Assembly (NCBI GenBank): GCA_029953675.1
Contig: JAMWBK010000004.1
Location: forward strand, 2,790,001-2,854,000
DNA from: Rhodosorus marinus CCMP1338
Lineage: Eukaryota > Plantae > Rhodophyta
Reading direction: 5' to 3'
DNA length: 64,000 nucleotides
The notes under the pieces were generated by a model. It was not told the DNA's origin and ran no database searches. It worked only from the letters and a program-made list of their open reading frames with translations. Shown here piece after piece: positions 36,785 to 47,997 of this stretch. Position numbers and translations under genes: made by a program. Every line of letters starts with the position of its first letter. Position 1 is the first letter of the stretch.

Positions 36785-37710
36785 TCATTGGCCACCCGCA
36801 TTTGATTCTATTCTCTGCAATGTTTCAATAAGCAGATTGTCGTCAACGTCATCTTCGTTCTCTTCGTTAGGAATTGAAGCAATCCCGCCCAGGTCCAAAC
36901 GCCGGCCTGTTCCCGAAGGCTGCAGGCGAAGGCTCGCGTTCCGCTCCGCCAGGGACGGGACGTAGCTGGGCAGTACTTCCGCCGTGTCAGGTGTTACAAA
37001 TATCAAACCTCGCTGCACAAGAGGCGCTTTCAGGAGAAGCTTTGTCCCCGGTAATGTACTCACAGCAAGCGCCGGCATGCTCCTTTTTCAAAACGACGAC
37101 GACTAGTTTTTTGAATCGCGAGTCCTCATCTGCCGTTGTTGTTTGGCCGATGAATAACCTACTTGTACTCAATGGCTGTGTATATGTTTCTTCCATCACT
37201 GACAGAAAGGCTCAGCGTCCTTGCAGGGGAGGCCTTAACGTCTTCTCGCGCGTCCGGTGTTCCAATGCTTATCACGTCCATGATCTGGACCAGCTTCGTA
37301 GCAAAATGCCCTCCATTGTCAGGGCCCGTCCTCTTCTAGCCAATAAACCAGCAAAACAGAGAATCGTTTAGAGAAAAAAGGTCACACTAGAAGAGAAACT
37401 TCATGGGGCTGCACTGTGGAATCATTACAACGATGGAGTCCAGGTCAGACTGGAGAACAAAATCCCACGCTCTTTCGGAGGTCGTCATCCGGGCGAGAAC
37501 ATCATCTTTCAAAGGTAAGACTCCTCTAGAGGATAGAACGTCAGCTAGAGATCCCGCCATGCTCCGTTGACTAACATTCTTCCAGATTGCAGCGATGTGC
37601 TCATCCACTCGTGCTTCGTTCCCGAATTCTTCCCAGACCTTTTGATGTGATGGGAACTGTTTCGAACAGTGTGCGCTGGGATCGATGACTTCTCGAAATT
37701 TCGGAATGTG
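36785..37710 (-). CDS. RMI1/TDRD3-family N-terminal OB-fold protein (first exon unresolved)
   Basis: Spliced translation gives FVLQSDLDSIV | ...KLVQIMDVISIG...RTLSLSVSDGRNIYTAIEY | ..MPALAVSTLPGTKLLLKAPLVQRGLIFVTPDTAEVL, which fits the RMI1_N OB pattern. Confidence 0.8.
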
Positions 37711-38736
37711 CTACGCCTATGAAGACGTGAGAAATTCTTCGAAACCAAAGTTCCCTTAAGAAAAGCTGACGATCTTGTCAATGGACTGTTTGCAACCGGG
37801 TGTCCACCCGACTGCAAAGGAACTACTTTGCACGTTGTTCTTGACTCTTAACGGGAGATAATCTACCGAAGCAGATGAACTACATGGCAATGTTTATCTT
37901 GTGGAATGAACGAATAATTGAACAGCAAACAATCCATCTCCAGATATAAAACAACTTTGTTCAGCGGTGCGCCAATGCGTCCATACGCTCCCAGCAACAA
38001 CACTCGACGTGGACAATCGTCTCCATCCAACCGGACGACCACAAACTCAAGCATCAAATTGAGTAGACTTATCCTGTGTTCTGTCTAACAAACACAACTC
38101 AAGATAAGAAAGCACAGAGCCAGGGCAGGCAACCACTTCGAGTAGAAACAATCCTACCTCAGAACCCATCAGCAAAACCGGGAATAAAACATGGTGGTTG
38201 GATTCACCTCGATGCTAAGAGAAACCAGACAAATGTCTCCTAGATGATCAATCATCGCCGTTTAGAACAGCGTCCCACGCCTCCATCATCAAACCCAACC
38301 TACCATCCGTTGAACCTAAATGTCATCTATTCGAAAACACCCACAGATTAACAAAGTTTCTCTAAATAATAGAACGTATTATATATCCAAATTAGGACAA
38401 ACCCCTCCATCAGCCTCTTCTTGGACATTATACTTTCTTAAACTAGATAAAAGCCTCTATATATAGGATAACTAAGTATCTGAGAGCCGGACATCTGTCC
38501 CATCTTTTGGCGATCCAACCTGTGACATATGGGTCTTCAGGAGGAACGTTGCAACATAGGAGTGAGGCGGGTGCTGCGTGCTGGAGGTGATGTCGAAGCG
38601 TTTGTCTGTGTACTGACCAGGAACGTGTAAAGGTAGTTTAACGAAGCTCTGCATCTCTTGCTCTTGAAGTAGTGTCTAGATTCCCGACGGAGTTTTTATA
38701 TTTTGCTTCTTTTTCTTGGGCGGGATTTTGTATAGG

Positions 38737-39545
38737 ATGGGGTTTGTCAGTAATGGAAGTGGGGTTGGACTAAGGTTGAGGGTACCAGGGAGGTGTGGGA
38801 GGTTTGATGGGAGGTTGAGGGTTGGTAGGAGCAACAACAGGAGAAGCACAGTAGTTGCTCTGAACTTTGAAATTCCTCCGCTTCCGTTTACGAGATTTGA
38901 GGCGCTTGTGACTGCCATCGCAGCTGTCGCGGTAGTGCTTGCCGCCAAGCTTTTGCGGATGTTGTTCAGGAGACTATCCGACTATATAGTCGTGGCGGTG
39001 GCGAAGAGAAAACAGAAAACATCAGTTTTGCTTACGGAGAACGTAGACGCGTCGGAGAAGGAGATGGCTGATCTCCTGTTGATCGCGAATGCGACTGAGG
39101 AGATAAAGACCCTTGAAGTGCAGAGAGCAAAGGCCGAGGAGGATTACAAGAGCGGCACTGCTGAGATTGCAAAGGTCAGAGCACGTATCCAGCATTCCAA
39201 GGAACAACTGAAAGGGGTAGGCACCATGAAAGCCGTGAGATCCGCGCTTTGTTCGTCGTGCACAGTTTCTAATTTTCAAAGCTCCGTTTGGGCTCTGTAT
39301 TATCCGGTCTACTTCAGGACGGAGCTGCCTGGCTTGTAAGCGAAGAAAATCTCGAGGAGGAAAGGGACAAATGGCTTGCAATAGTACATGAGATGGAGGC
39401 GGAAAGGGAAGAAACTGCTCAAAAGCTTAGCAGCGCAAATCAGGAGGAAGCGGAACTCAGTGGGCTGGTCTCACGGTACCGTGAACGGCGAGATCAACTT
39501 TCTTCACTGTTCTCGAATCGACAGCCCCAACCCGATAACCAATGA
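38737..39545 (+). CDS. Putative plastid-targeted single-TM coiled-coil protein (2 exons)
   Basis: Starts MGFVSNGSGVGLRLRV (transit-like), then the hydrophobic ALVTAIAAVAVVLAAKLL, then E/K-rich heptads. The intron GTAGGC...TTCAG joins to DGAAWLVSEENLEEERDKW. Confidence 0.75.
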
Positions 39546-42200
39546 CAAACTCCCTTGTGGGGAAGTAGTCTACGCGTAAATTATGTTTTTGTACTTTTTG
39601 GAGGCCAGAGCATGGTACATCCCCGTAACCTAGAACTTATCCTTGCTCGATCAAGCGCCACTCAACGCGCCTGAGCTAAAACCACGACATTCGAGAGTCC
39701 CAATGTTTGGCCTCTGTGCCAAACACTAGGACTTTCACGAGCTGCAGAAGCTCTTCAACTGGTAGCATCCTGACCCGACGATCATATCATCTTCTCCAAG
39801 AGGCAAGAAGGTGAAGGAAAAATACTGGAAACCATCAGTCCTTGAAAGATACCGTATCGTGCTCAACAACACATGGTTTGATGCACCAAAGGATAGTTTG
39901 AGGGGAGCTCACACTCAACAGCGCTGGATGAAGAACCACGACTCCAGTTTTGGGTTGCATTCAAAATCAACCGGTTTGATTCAGATTCGCACATTTGCGC
40001 ATTTCCTTTGCTCTGAATATATCTCTTATCGGCTTCCGATCTCGCTTTTGCCGCGGGAATTCAATTGTCTTGGGATCAATCAAGGGAGTGCGATTCATCG
40101 TATGGATACTCGGTGCTACTAATCTCGGTGGTCTTTTTGTGAGGAGGTCGATGAGCAGTGGAGATCCCAAACAAGATTTCTCCGAACAGTGTTCTTTCAA
40201 CTATACTCTGGACGCTTTCAGGGAAGGAAACAATTCTTGGAGGACCGGTTAAGTGAGGAGTATCAGCGCGAACTCGCGTCAACTCGGATCGTGCTTCACC
40301 GTTGCGCACCCGAAAAGAATCAAGGTAATGCGCGCCGGAGAGGATTATCAGACAAGATGCTAGAGATGGATATCATTCTATGCGTCAGTTGAGCATCGAT
40401 AGCTGATGCATGCTTTCATCGCTACCCCCAGCTGCGAGCTCATCCTCCGGCAAGAAGCTCATGCTCATCCTCGTGTTGGCAACGTTGGTTCACGTGTAGG
40501 GAAGAAGCCTTATTATCTCATCTGCACTCAGTAGATTGATACGTCTGAATGCGTAGAAAACGTTGAACTATGCTCTATTCGAGAGGCTCGCCCACTATCT
40601 CAACCTCCGAATCAGGGCAGACATCTTTCACGCTTTCAATGGACTGTTCAAGTAGATCTTCCAGGAGTTCATCCGTTTTCAGATATCCCATATAGTTCTG
40701 AACCCACGTGCGCATCGTTGACCGTCATGTACAAGAGCTTTCTTCCGCTTTCAGAGCTCAACGCATTGCGCGGTTTGGGCTGGACGGCGATGGACGAGAA
40801 GATAATCTCTGAAGCAGCGCTCGAGGTTATCATTCCAATACCTCAGAAAAATCGACCGCGGAGAATGAAGCTAGATTTGATCGTTGAGTCAGACTCTGTA
40901 GCGACGTAACGCTGCCTTAGTCCTAGACATGAACAGGGCCTCGCCTATCGTCGTGAGACAGTTCTTGGAAAGGAAGGGCATCATGGGAACTCCGTTCTTT
41001 TGTTCTATTCCATGTTCCTCATCTCTCCCCTTCTCATCTACTTCCCAGTCAACTCTTAAGCCCTTTGGTTTCCTAGTATTCCTGAACTCCGTTGTGTTGA
41101 GGGGTTCCACGGACTTTCACATTAGCCTCTGACTAAGCCGATCTGCTAGTTCGAGGCTGTGATGTGGTAGGTAAGTGCTGAGCGAAGGCGATTGAGGCTA
41201 AGCGCTCACGGTTACGTTTCCACGACAACAGTCCTTTAGATGTCCAGGGTAGATAACGACAACTGTCGCCCAAATTAGGATCATAGTTTACTACTTCTAT
41301 TTAAATATAGGGAAAACCGGCTAAAGACGTAATCTGCTAAAACTTTATGGAAAATCTTTGTTGGGGATCGCCGATCCCGATTTGTGATCAGATATTGATT
41401 TAGGCACTTCAAGACCGCCTACAGCCTAGAATTTCGGCAGGTTAGCAATTGGGAAGCGCGGGAAAACCAGCTTCAGTTGATAGGATCTTCTTTCTTTCCC
41501 TATTGCAGACTCTGGACGGCTTAAAAGCTTTGTCGAGGGGAAGATAGTCGTCGCCGAACGATACTTGGTCCAGCAGACAGCATCACAAACAGCTCAAAGT
41601 TTTGTCAGAGATGCCTACCTTCTCGCGCGCCAACATCCCCATGCATATTAAACGGGAGAGAATTGACTCTTAACCATCTATAACTGTTTAGCAGTCGCAA
41701 GAAAAACTCAACTCTACTTTGAGCTTCTTCAAAGCCTGGAGTTCTGCAGGCGAAGAGCTTCCTCATCCATCTCATTGACAGCTCATTGAGATCGATTACA
41801 GCCGTTTTCGAGCAGATCAACATCGTCACAAATCACACGGGTTCCCAAACAGTACCCAGAAAGAATGCTTTTTGAGGTATAACTAGCTGATATTGAAAAA
41901 TTTTCGCATCAAGATCAGCTCAGGTCTGAGCTCAGCCATCCTTCTTCAAAAGCCTGCCGTTAGGCTGAACACCGACATCTTCATCCACTATCGAATGTGA
42001 TCGGATTGAAGTGAAAACGGATCAATGAATGCGAGTTTTTCGTGTTGAGAAAAAGGAGCCATGAGATGAGGAAATGTCTGATGGCCACGGTGAGGAAAGA
42101 GATGAGAAGGGCGAGCTCAAGACTCTAACTTTTGTAGAGGTTTGTTCGTATGAACAGGTTTTGATAAGATCTTGGGATTCGTGGGGCTGGTTTTAGTGTG

Positions 42201-43932
42201 ATGGAGTCTGGGTTTGTTATTGCTGGATTTGTTCTGAAAGGATCAACGAAGTTGAAGAGCTGTGGATTTGACAGGGATCGAAGGCGTTTTAGAGTTTTCA
42301 AGGAGCAGAAGAGGACAGCGGTAAGCCTGGTCCCGCGTTGTACCTTTGTTTTGTTGTTCATTCAGCTGTCTGGGTGGATACTTTGACCGTTTCTTCTATC
42401 TGTTTTGCTGACTGATATTCTTCCTTAATGGGTTTGTAGACGGTTACTAGCCTGGTATGTTTTTCTCCGTTGACGGCGTTTGTAGCTCCCAGGCGGTTGA
42501 TCACATTTGTTTCCGTGTTGGTAACAATCGTTGCAACGATCTTTGGCCTCGTTGCACGGAGGATGAGGAAAAAGTTGAACAGGGATGCGAACTTGTTGAT
42601 ATCTGAATCTTCTCAGTCCGATGATGGGCGAAGAGCTTTGGCGGCCACCATCCAATTGAAAAACAAGATCAGCGATGAGATCCTCGAGGACAAAAACATG
42701 CTCAACAAAGTGCTGTTGGAAACACAAGACAAGGCCAAGAGCGCAGATCTCAAAGTCCAAGTGCTTAAAGAAGACCTTCAGTTGAAGCAGAAAGAACTCG
42801 ACAGCGTACGTTATGAAACCACACCATGCCTACCCTTCTGCTATTCGTACAATGTGCACTTGCAGAGGATCCAACGCATAACCACTTTCCCCGAGGGTTA
42901 CGAGCTACGAGAAGAAACCAAGCGATCAATTCCTCCAAAGCTGAGGAAGAATGTGCAACCAGGCTTTTCGGGAAACTGGAGATTCACCACACTGCAAAGC
43001 CTTATGGAGAGAGTGTTCAGTACATGTTTGCTGAAGACAAGGAGAAGTGGAAAATCATCGTTACCAGGAGAAACAGAGTTTCTGCTCTTCGTACCGGATC
43101 TAATGCTTTGCATGAAGTAGACCCTGAAGATGAGTTCAAGCGGGACTATACTCTGTTTCTGCGCTTTCGGCGGATATAAGGAGACATGTTTACATTCCTC
43201 ATGTCGTTGAAGAGTTTTGTGCGTTGACACTGAGCTGAACGGAATAGAACATAGTTAGTTCCGATCGGGATCGGACGGGATTGGAAGCGGGAGAAAGCTG
43301 GTTATGCGTGGATTGTGGCGGAAGTGCACTTTGCATCGATATTAGAGACCATGGACTTCCAGAGTTGGCCTTCAGCAAAGGGATCTGAAATTTCTTTTGC
43401 TTTGGTTGTCTTTTAGGCTAAAATTTTGTTACACAAATTGGATCAGGATGGAAGAACTCTGGAGCATGAGTTGAGGATGCAACAGATTAATAAGACGAGA
43501 CTCATACAGTGGCTTGAAGAAAAGCTGGTAGAAAATGCCAGAGTACTGGAAAGCCTCGGCGAAGAGTTGGTAGAGGCGAGGCTCGTACAGACGGAAGCAT
43601 CCGATGTCCTCATGAGTGTGAAGTACGAGGTTGATCAGCTTGAGGATATAGTCACTGAACGCGAGAACCGATTGAGGAGACTCAAACAAGGAGACAGCGA
43701 AGTTCACCCTGAAATGGGAGATTTGCGAGTCCTGCGCAAAGAAGAGAATCAGATACTGCAAGAAGTGCAGGATCTCACGAACAGATATCCGCAGTTGGAG
43801 GTATGCCAAACGACTCTTTTTCTCGACCACGGCAGAAAAGGACAAACCCACTGAAGTGTAGGCATTTTCTTTCGAATTGTGCTTTTTCTGCAGGAAACGT
43901 TCTCGAAGGAATGGAAGAAATTGGGTTCCTAA
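42201..43932 (+). CDS. Putative plastid-targeted single-TM coiled-coil protein (introns 42321-42439, probably 42806-43416, and 43801-43893)
   Basis: MESGFVIAGFVLKGS transit-like start, TM LITFVSVLVTIVATIFGLVA and long heptad-rich segments. All proposed junctions are phase 0. The gene ends ETFSKEWKKLGS* (TAA 43930-43932). Confidence 0.65.
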
Positions 43933-43990
43933 TCCTACTGCAAGGAGTGGGCCCGGGACGAACCCCCGAGCTTTCAAATACGATTCGCTC

Positions 43991-44280
43991 CAGCCATCGA
44001 ACTAGCCATCGAACTAGCCATCGAACTAGCCGTCGAACTAGCCATCGAACTAGCCGTCGAACTAGCCATCGAACTAGCCGTCGAACCAGCCATCGAACTA
44101 GCCATCGAACCAGCCATCGAACCAGCCATCGAACCGGCCATCGAACCGGCCATCGAACCGGCCATCGAACTAGCCATCGAACTAGCCATCGAACTAGCCA
44201 TCGAACTAACCATCGAACCAGCCATCGAACTAGCCGTCGAACCAGCCGTCGAACCAGCCGTTGAACCAGCCGTCGAACCA
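43991..44280. repeat. Minisatellite, ~24 x 12-bp unit YAGCCRTCGAAC
   Basis: Directly visible, with no spacers between units. Variants are mostly transitions. Confidence 0.97.
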
Positions 44281-44674
44281 TCCGACGAGCCGTTGTAGGA
44301 ACAAGGATCCTATTACTACTCTCCAATAACCCCATCCGATTCTGATGCATGAAACCGGCCCTGGAAGTCTAGCCGACGTGGTGGCGGCTAGAGGTTGATT
44401 GCAGCCGAGGACGAAAGCACGATAGGGCACATTTCCGTATCGTGTGTTCCTTAGAGCAAAAATCTGACGGAAGTGCCACGGCGAGCAAGTGGGGAGGCAA
44501 CTGCTTTAGTATACTCGCAAAGTTAGATGGTCTGCCACACTTGGTACTCGCTCAAGGCAGTGTTTTTGTACTAGAAAAGGAATTTATCGTTTTATTGTAC
44601 ATGCAAACGGTTTAGTTTGGCAAAATCTGATTTTAATAATAGGCGCGTCTAGCGCTAACTCCTCCTGATAGTCT

Positions 44675-45073
44675 TTATGTAGAACGTATCGCGCTACGAG
44701 AAGATGACCCCCTGAAACCGAGCAATAAATGGGTGCGATATCTGTGCGAATTCGACTTGGAAGGCCGACCTTCTATTCGTTTCCTCTCGCCAGGATTGTT
44801 CACCTTCACTCGCTCAACGCACATGACTTGATTCCTGTCGTGGTATCGATCCCGAGAATCCATCGATTCTCGACGAACGCATCGCGTCTTCACAACAACC
44901 TCCTCTCCATGCTCCCCCGTTGCAGTCAAAATGAACTCCTCCGTCTTCAGATGCGGGCACTTCGCGGGTTTCGGGGCCTTGAAGCTCTGGCCAACGCTCT
45001 TGACGCTCCGTTCCCCATCCATACTCCCCTCCCGACCCTCAGAAAAATTTCCTGAGCACTCCAACAAACCCAT
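44675..45073 (-). CDS. Small hypothetical protein (3' end possibly spliced)
   Basis: ORF MGLLECSGNFSEG...KTEEFILTATGEHGEEVVVKTRCVRRE, preceded by the sense-strand G/T-rich leader seen before other genes here. Confidence 0.45.
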   Translation of the reverse strand: MGLLECSGNFSEGREGSMDGERSVKSVGQSFKAPKPAKCPHLKTEEFILTATGEHGEEVVVKTRCVRRESMDSRDRYHDRNQVMCVERVKVNNPGERKRIEGRPSKSNSHRYRTHLLLGFRGSSSRSAIRST

Positions 45074-46503
45074 GTTTAACAAATATGTTCAAATGCCTTC
45101 AAAACCAACCTCCGTCCTCGATTAAAACTTCAAACTAAACCGGATTTTCACAAGCTCCGATCACGGTTAATCCTACCACGAGTAACATGCCTGCTCTCAT
45201 CAGTAGCTACCTCTGATATAAACCTCCATCAGGTTCACCACATCCACTCCAGCCCCAAAATTCCAACCACAATTAACAAAATGCCAATAAGACTAAAAAT
45301 CAACTTTTGCCCATTCAGAGCATAATATCTGTTTTAACCAATAATAATGCTATACTATTTACAAATTAGCGAATTAACATAAGCAAAAACTTTTTTCAAC
45401 CAATTAACCAAAGGAATGATCTGAATTTGTCCAATAAACAGACTAATATATATCAATACGTTTAATAATTTTATATAAACATCAAAGTAATTCTTGAAAA
45501 ATAGATCATTTTACTAAGGATCCTTTTTGCAGCCGTTTCCCAAAGGGGCCATTCCGAATTCAAAAAAATTCCGCTTTTCTTTGGAGACCCTATTGATCGT
45601 TTCACCCACCCCCCTTCTTCCCGCGCACTTGTACTCGTTTCGCCAACACAAACCCCCTAATATCAAGAAAAGCAAAATATGGTGAGTATATTTAGGGGGT
45701 AAAATAACTTCACAAGTATAATAGTCGGAATTTAATCTTTTTAAAGGGATCGTGTTGAACATACTGATTTTAAGAATGGGCGAAGGGGTAAAAACTACCC
45801 TGTTTGGAGAGTGAAAAAAAACTAGGGCCTGGTATTGACTTTTGTAATGTAGTTACTGTTAACTTTCCCTGGAGAGAGGGTGGGGTTGGAGGATGTTTTA
45901 GGGTAGTAATGAAGAGATGGTGTTGAGACGATGGACGAGCTTTCTCATGGCAAAACAGATCGTAGGCGACCTGCTCTGGTAAGGGGAGAAGAGAGAAAGG
46001 TGCCCCACCCTTTGGCGGATATCGATCTGATGCTAGATGGGTTTCTAGGAGATCGCCAATGTGCTGATATCTTGGGACACCGCCTTAGTCTTGGTTTATT
46101 TTGGAACTTTTATTTTCTGCATCCAAGTTGTCTATGCGAATTGGTTGAAAGTGTCCAAAACACTCATAGCAAGAACGGGAACTTCAGGGTGCGGCTCTGT
46201 CATCACAAGTTTCGGCAGTGAGTTGTTGGGTAGTACCTGAGAGAGTGTGGGTTTTCTTGACTGATGATCTGTTCGTGATACGAGTGGAGGGGGGAAATTG
46301 TCTTTGAAACGAATTAGGTCTGTGGCGCTGGGAAGGTCTGTGTTGTGTAACCTAGGTTGTCTCGTTTTCTTCTGGCTTTGCATTCTTCCTGTTTTATGCA
46401 ACAAGCTGTGCTTTGACAGCCTTTAGATTCATGGTAGGTGAGGACCATTGGAGCTTCAAGCTCCGTGAAACGTCAACTGGTGTGTCTGCTGGAAGCAAAG
46501 ATT

Positions 46504-47997
46504 TCAGGTCGGGGTAGATTCGACTAGAAATGCCTCTCGAATTTCATCTGCCTCAGAATCGAGCTGTCTGGCTTGGAACGTCGCGGCAACCTCCCCGACG
46601 ATCGCAGGATCCAACGTTTCCTTGCGTGATTTCATATGCTCAAGTAGTGTCCTCAAGTCCTCTATACACCCGTCCTCAACAAAGAGAGCCAGCGACATTC
46701 TACAAGCCTCAGCATTCGGCCACGCACTGTCGCGCCTGGACCATCTCAGCATGGCCCTGACGTCAGCTGTTCGTTTCTCTTTCGCGAAAGCAATGATTGC
46801 CGAGCTGTACACAGCGTAATTTGGAGTTACGTCGTCAACTGCCATTTGTTTCAAACTCTTTTGCACACCTTCCAAATCACCACAGTGCGATTGAGCAACA
46901 ACTAGGCCATCGTACAACTTTCTGTCTTTCCTTGCTCCTTCGATCACCAACTCGCCTGCGAGCAGGTTGACCGCCTCCGCGGATCCCGTCTCGTACGCAC
47001 ACAGTTTAAGTAGCGACCTCGCGATACTGGAGTTGGCTGGAATCCTATCCATCTTCATCCTCCTTCTGCAAATACGTGAGTCCTCAAACCGATTGCATTC
47101 ACAGAATCCAGCAAAGCAGGCGTCATAGACCTCTACTTCAGCGTATTTTCCTTTGTTTTCCTCGATAAATAGCATCCTCTCGACGCTTTTGAAATCTCCA
47201 AGCTTTGCATATTCCCTTGTCAAAGCCTTCACGGCATCGGTATCTGGAACCCTTCCTGTATCGAGCATTCGTGTTAACACCATGTCTGCCTTATCCATTG
47301 AACTACCAGCACAGAGGCCTTGGATGACTCTCGACAAGAGCGAATCAGATGGATTGATTCCGCTCCGAAGAGCTCGTCTGAAAACGTCTTCGACGGCCTC
47401 ATGATCTCCTACTAATGTGAAGAGCTTTGCCAGTATCACGTAGGTCCGTAGACTTGGCTTTATCCCGTCCTTTGACATCTCATTCATCAGGTTCTGCGCC
47501 TTTCCTTTGTCCTTGGTACCCAGACATGTGAGAATCAGAGAATTATAGAACTCGACTGTTCTTCTGACGCGCTTCTCCTCCATTTTCTTTGTAAGGAGCT
47601 CAATCGCTTTGAACTTCCTTAGTCTATGATAGAGGGTAACCAGCTCAGCATAGCTCCGCCCGTCCGGAGACACACGAGCTTCTTCCATGATCGTGAACAG
47701 GCGTTCTCCAGCCTCCCTGGACTTTGTCACTGCACATACGCGTAACAGTCGATTGAAAAGTGCAAGATCGGGATACTGCCCGCTGTCCATCATCCTGTCG
47801 AGCTTCTGAAAGGCCTTGGTTGTCTTCCTTCTGCTGAACAGCTTGGCAACAGTCCCGGTTTCCCTCGCCAGGTTCTCCCATCTCCTCTGCGCCTCATCCT
47901 TCTTCCTCGAACACACAGAAACCTCCCGACACCGAGTATACGCCAGTCCAAACCTCGAACTAGGCCAGCACACGAAGCTCAAATCCCCTCCTACCAT
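46504..47997 (-). CDS. P-class pentatricopeptide repeat protein, intronless, ~11 motifs, organelle-targeting-like N-terminus
   Basis: Contiguous 35-aa motifs, e.g. LALFNRLLRVCAVTKSREAGERLFTIMEEARVSPD and VEFYNSLILTCLGTKDKGKAQNLMNEMSKDGIKPS. Confidence 0.93.
   Translation of the reverse strand: MVGGDLSFVCWPSSRFGLAYTRCREVSVCSRKKDEAQRRWENLARETGTVAKLFSRRKTTKAFQKLDRMMDSGQYPDLALFNRLLRVCAVTKSREAGERLFTIMEEARVSPDGRSYAELVTLYHRLRKFKAIELLTKKMEEKRVRRTVEFYNSLILTCLGTKDKGKAQNLMNEMSKDGIKPSLRTYVILAKLFTLVGDHEAVEDVFRRALRSGINPSDSLLSRVIQGLCAGSSMDKADMVLTRMLDTGRVPDTDAVKALTREYAKLGDFKSVERMLFIEENKGKYAEVEVYDACFAGFCECNRFEDSRICRRRMKMDRIPANSSIARSLLKLCAYETGSAEAVNLLAGELVIEGARKDRKLYDGLVVAQSHCGDLEGVQKSLKQMAVDDVTPNYAVYSSAIIAFAKEKRTADVRAMLRWSRRDSAWPNAEACRMSLALFVEDGCIEDLRTLLEHMKSRKETLDPAIVGEVAATFQARQLDSEADEIREAFLVESTPT

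Noticed and set aside
43991-44280. 12-bp array as a CRISPR array
   Set aside because: The units are contiguous with no unique spacers, there are no cas genes, and the context is eukaryotic.
43991-44280. TAG-to-Gln codon reassignment suggested by CAG/TAG alternation
   Set aside because: TAG is used as a normal terminator in this window (LRR gene at 63427, PPR at 62691), and long genes show no internal TAG.
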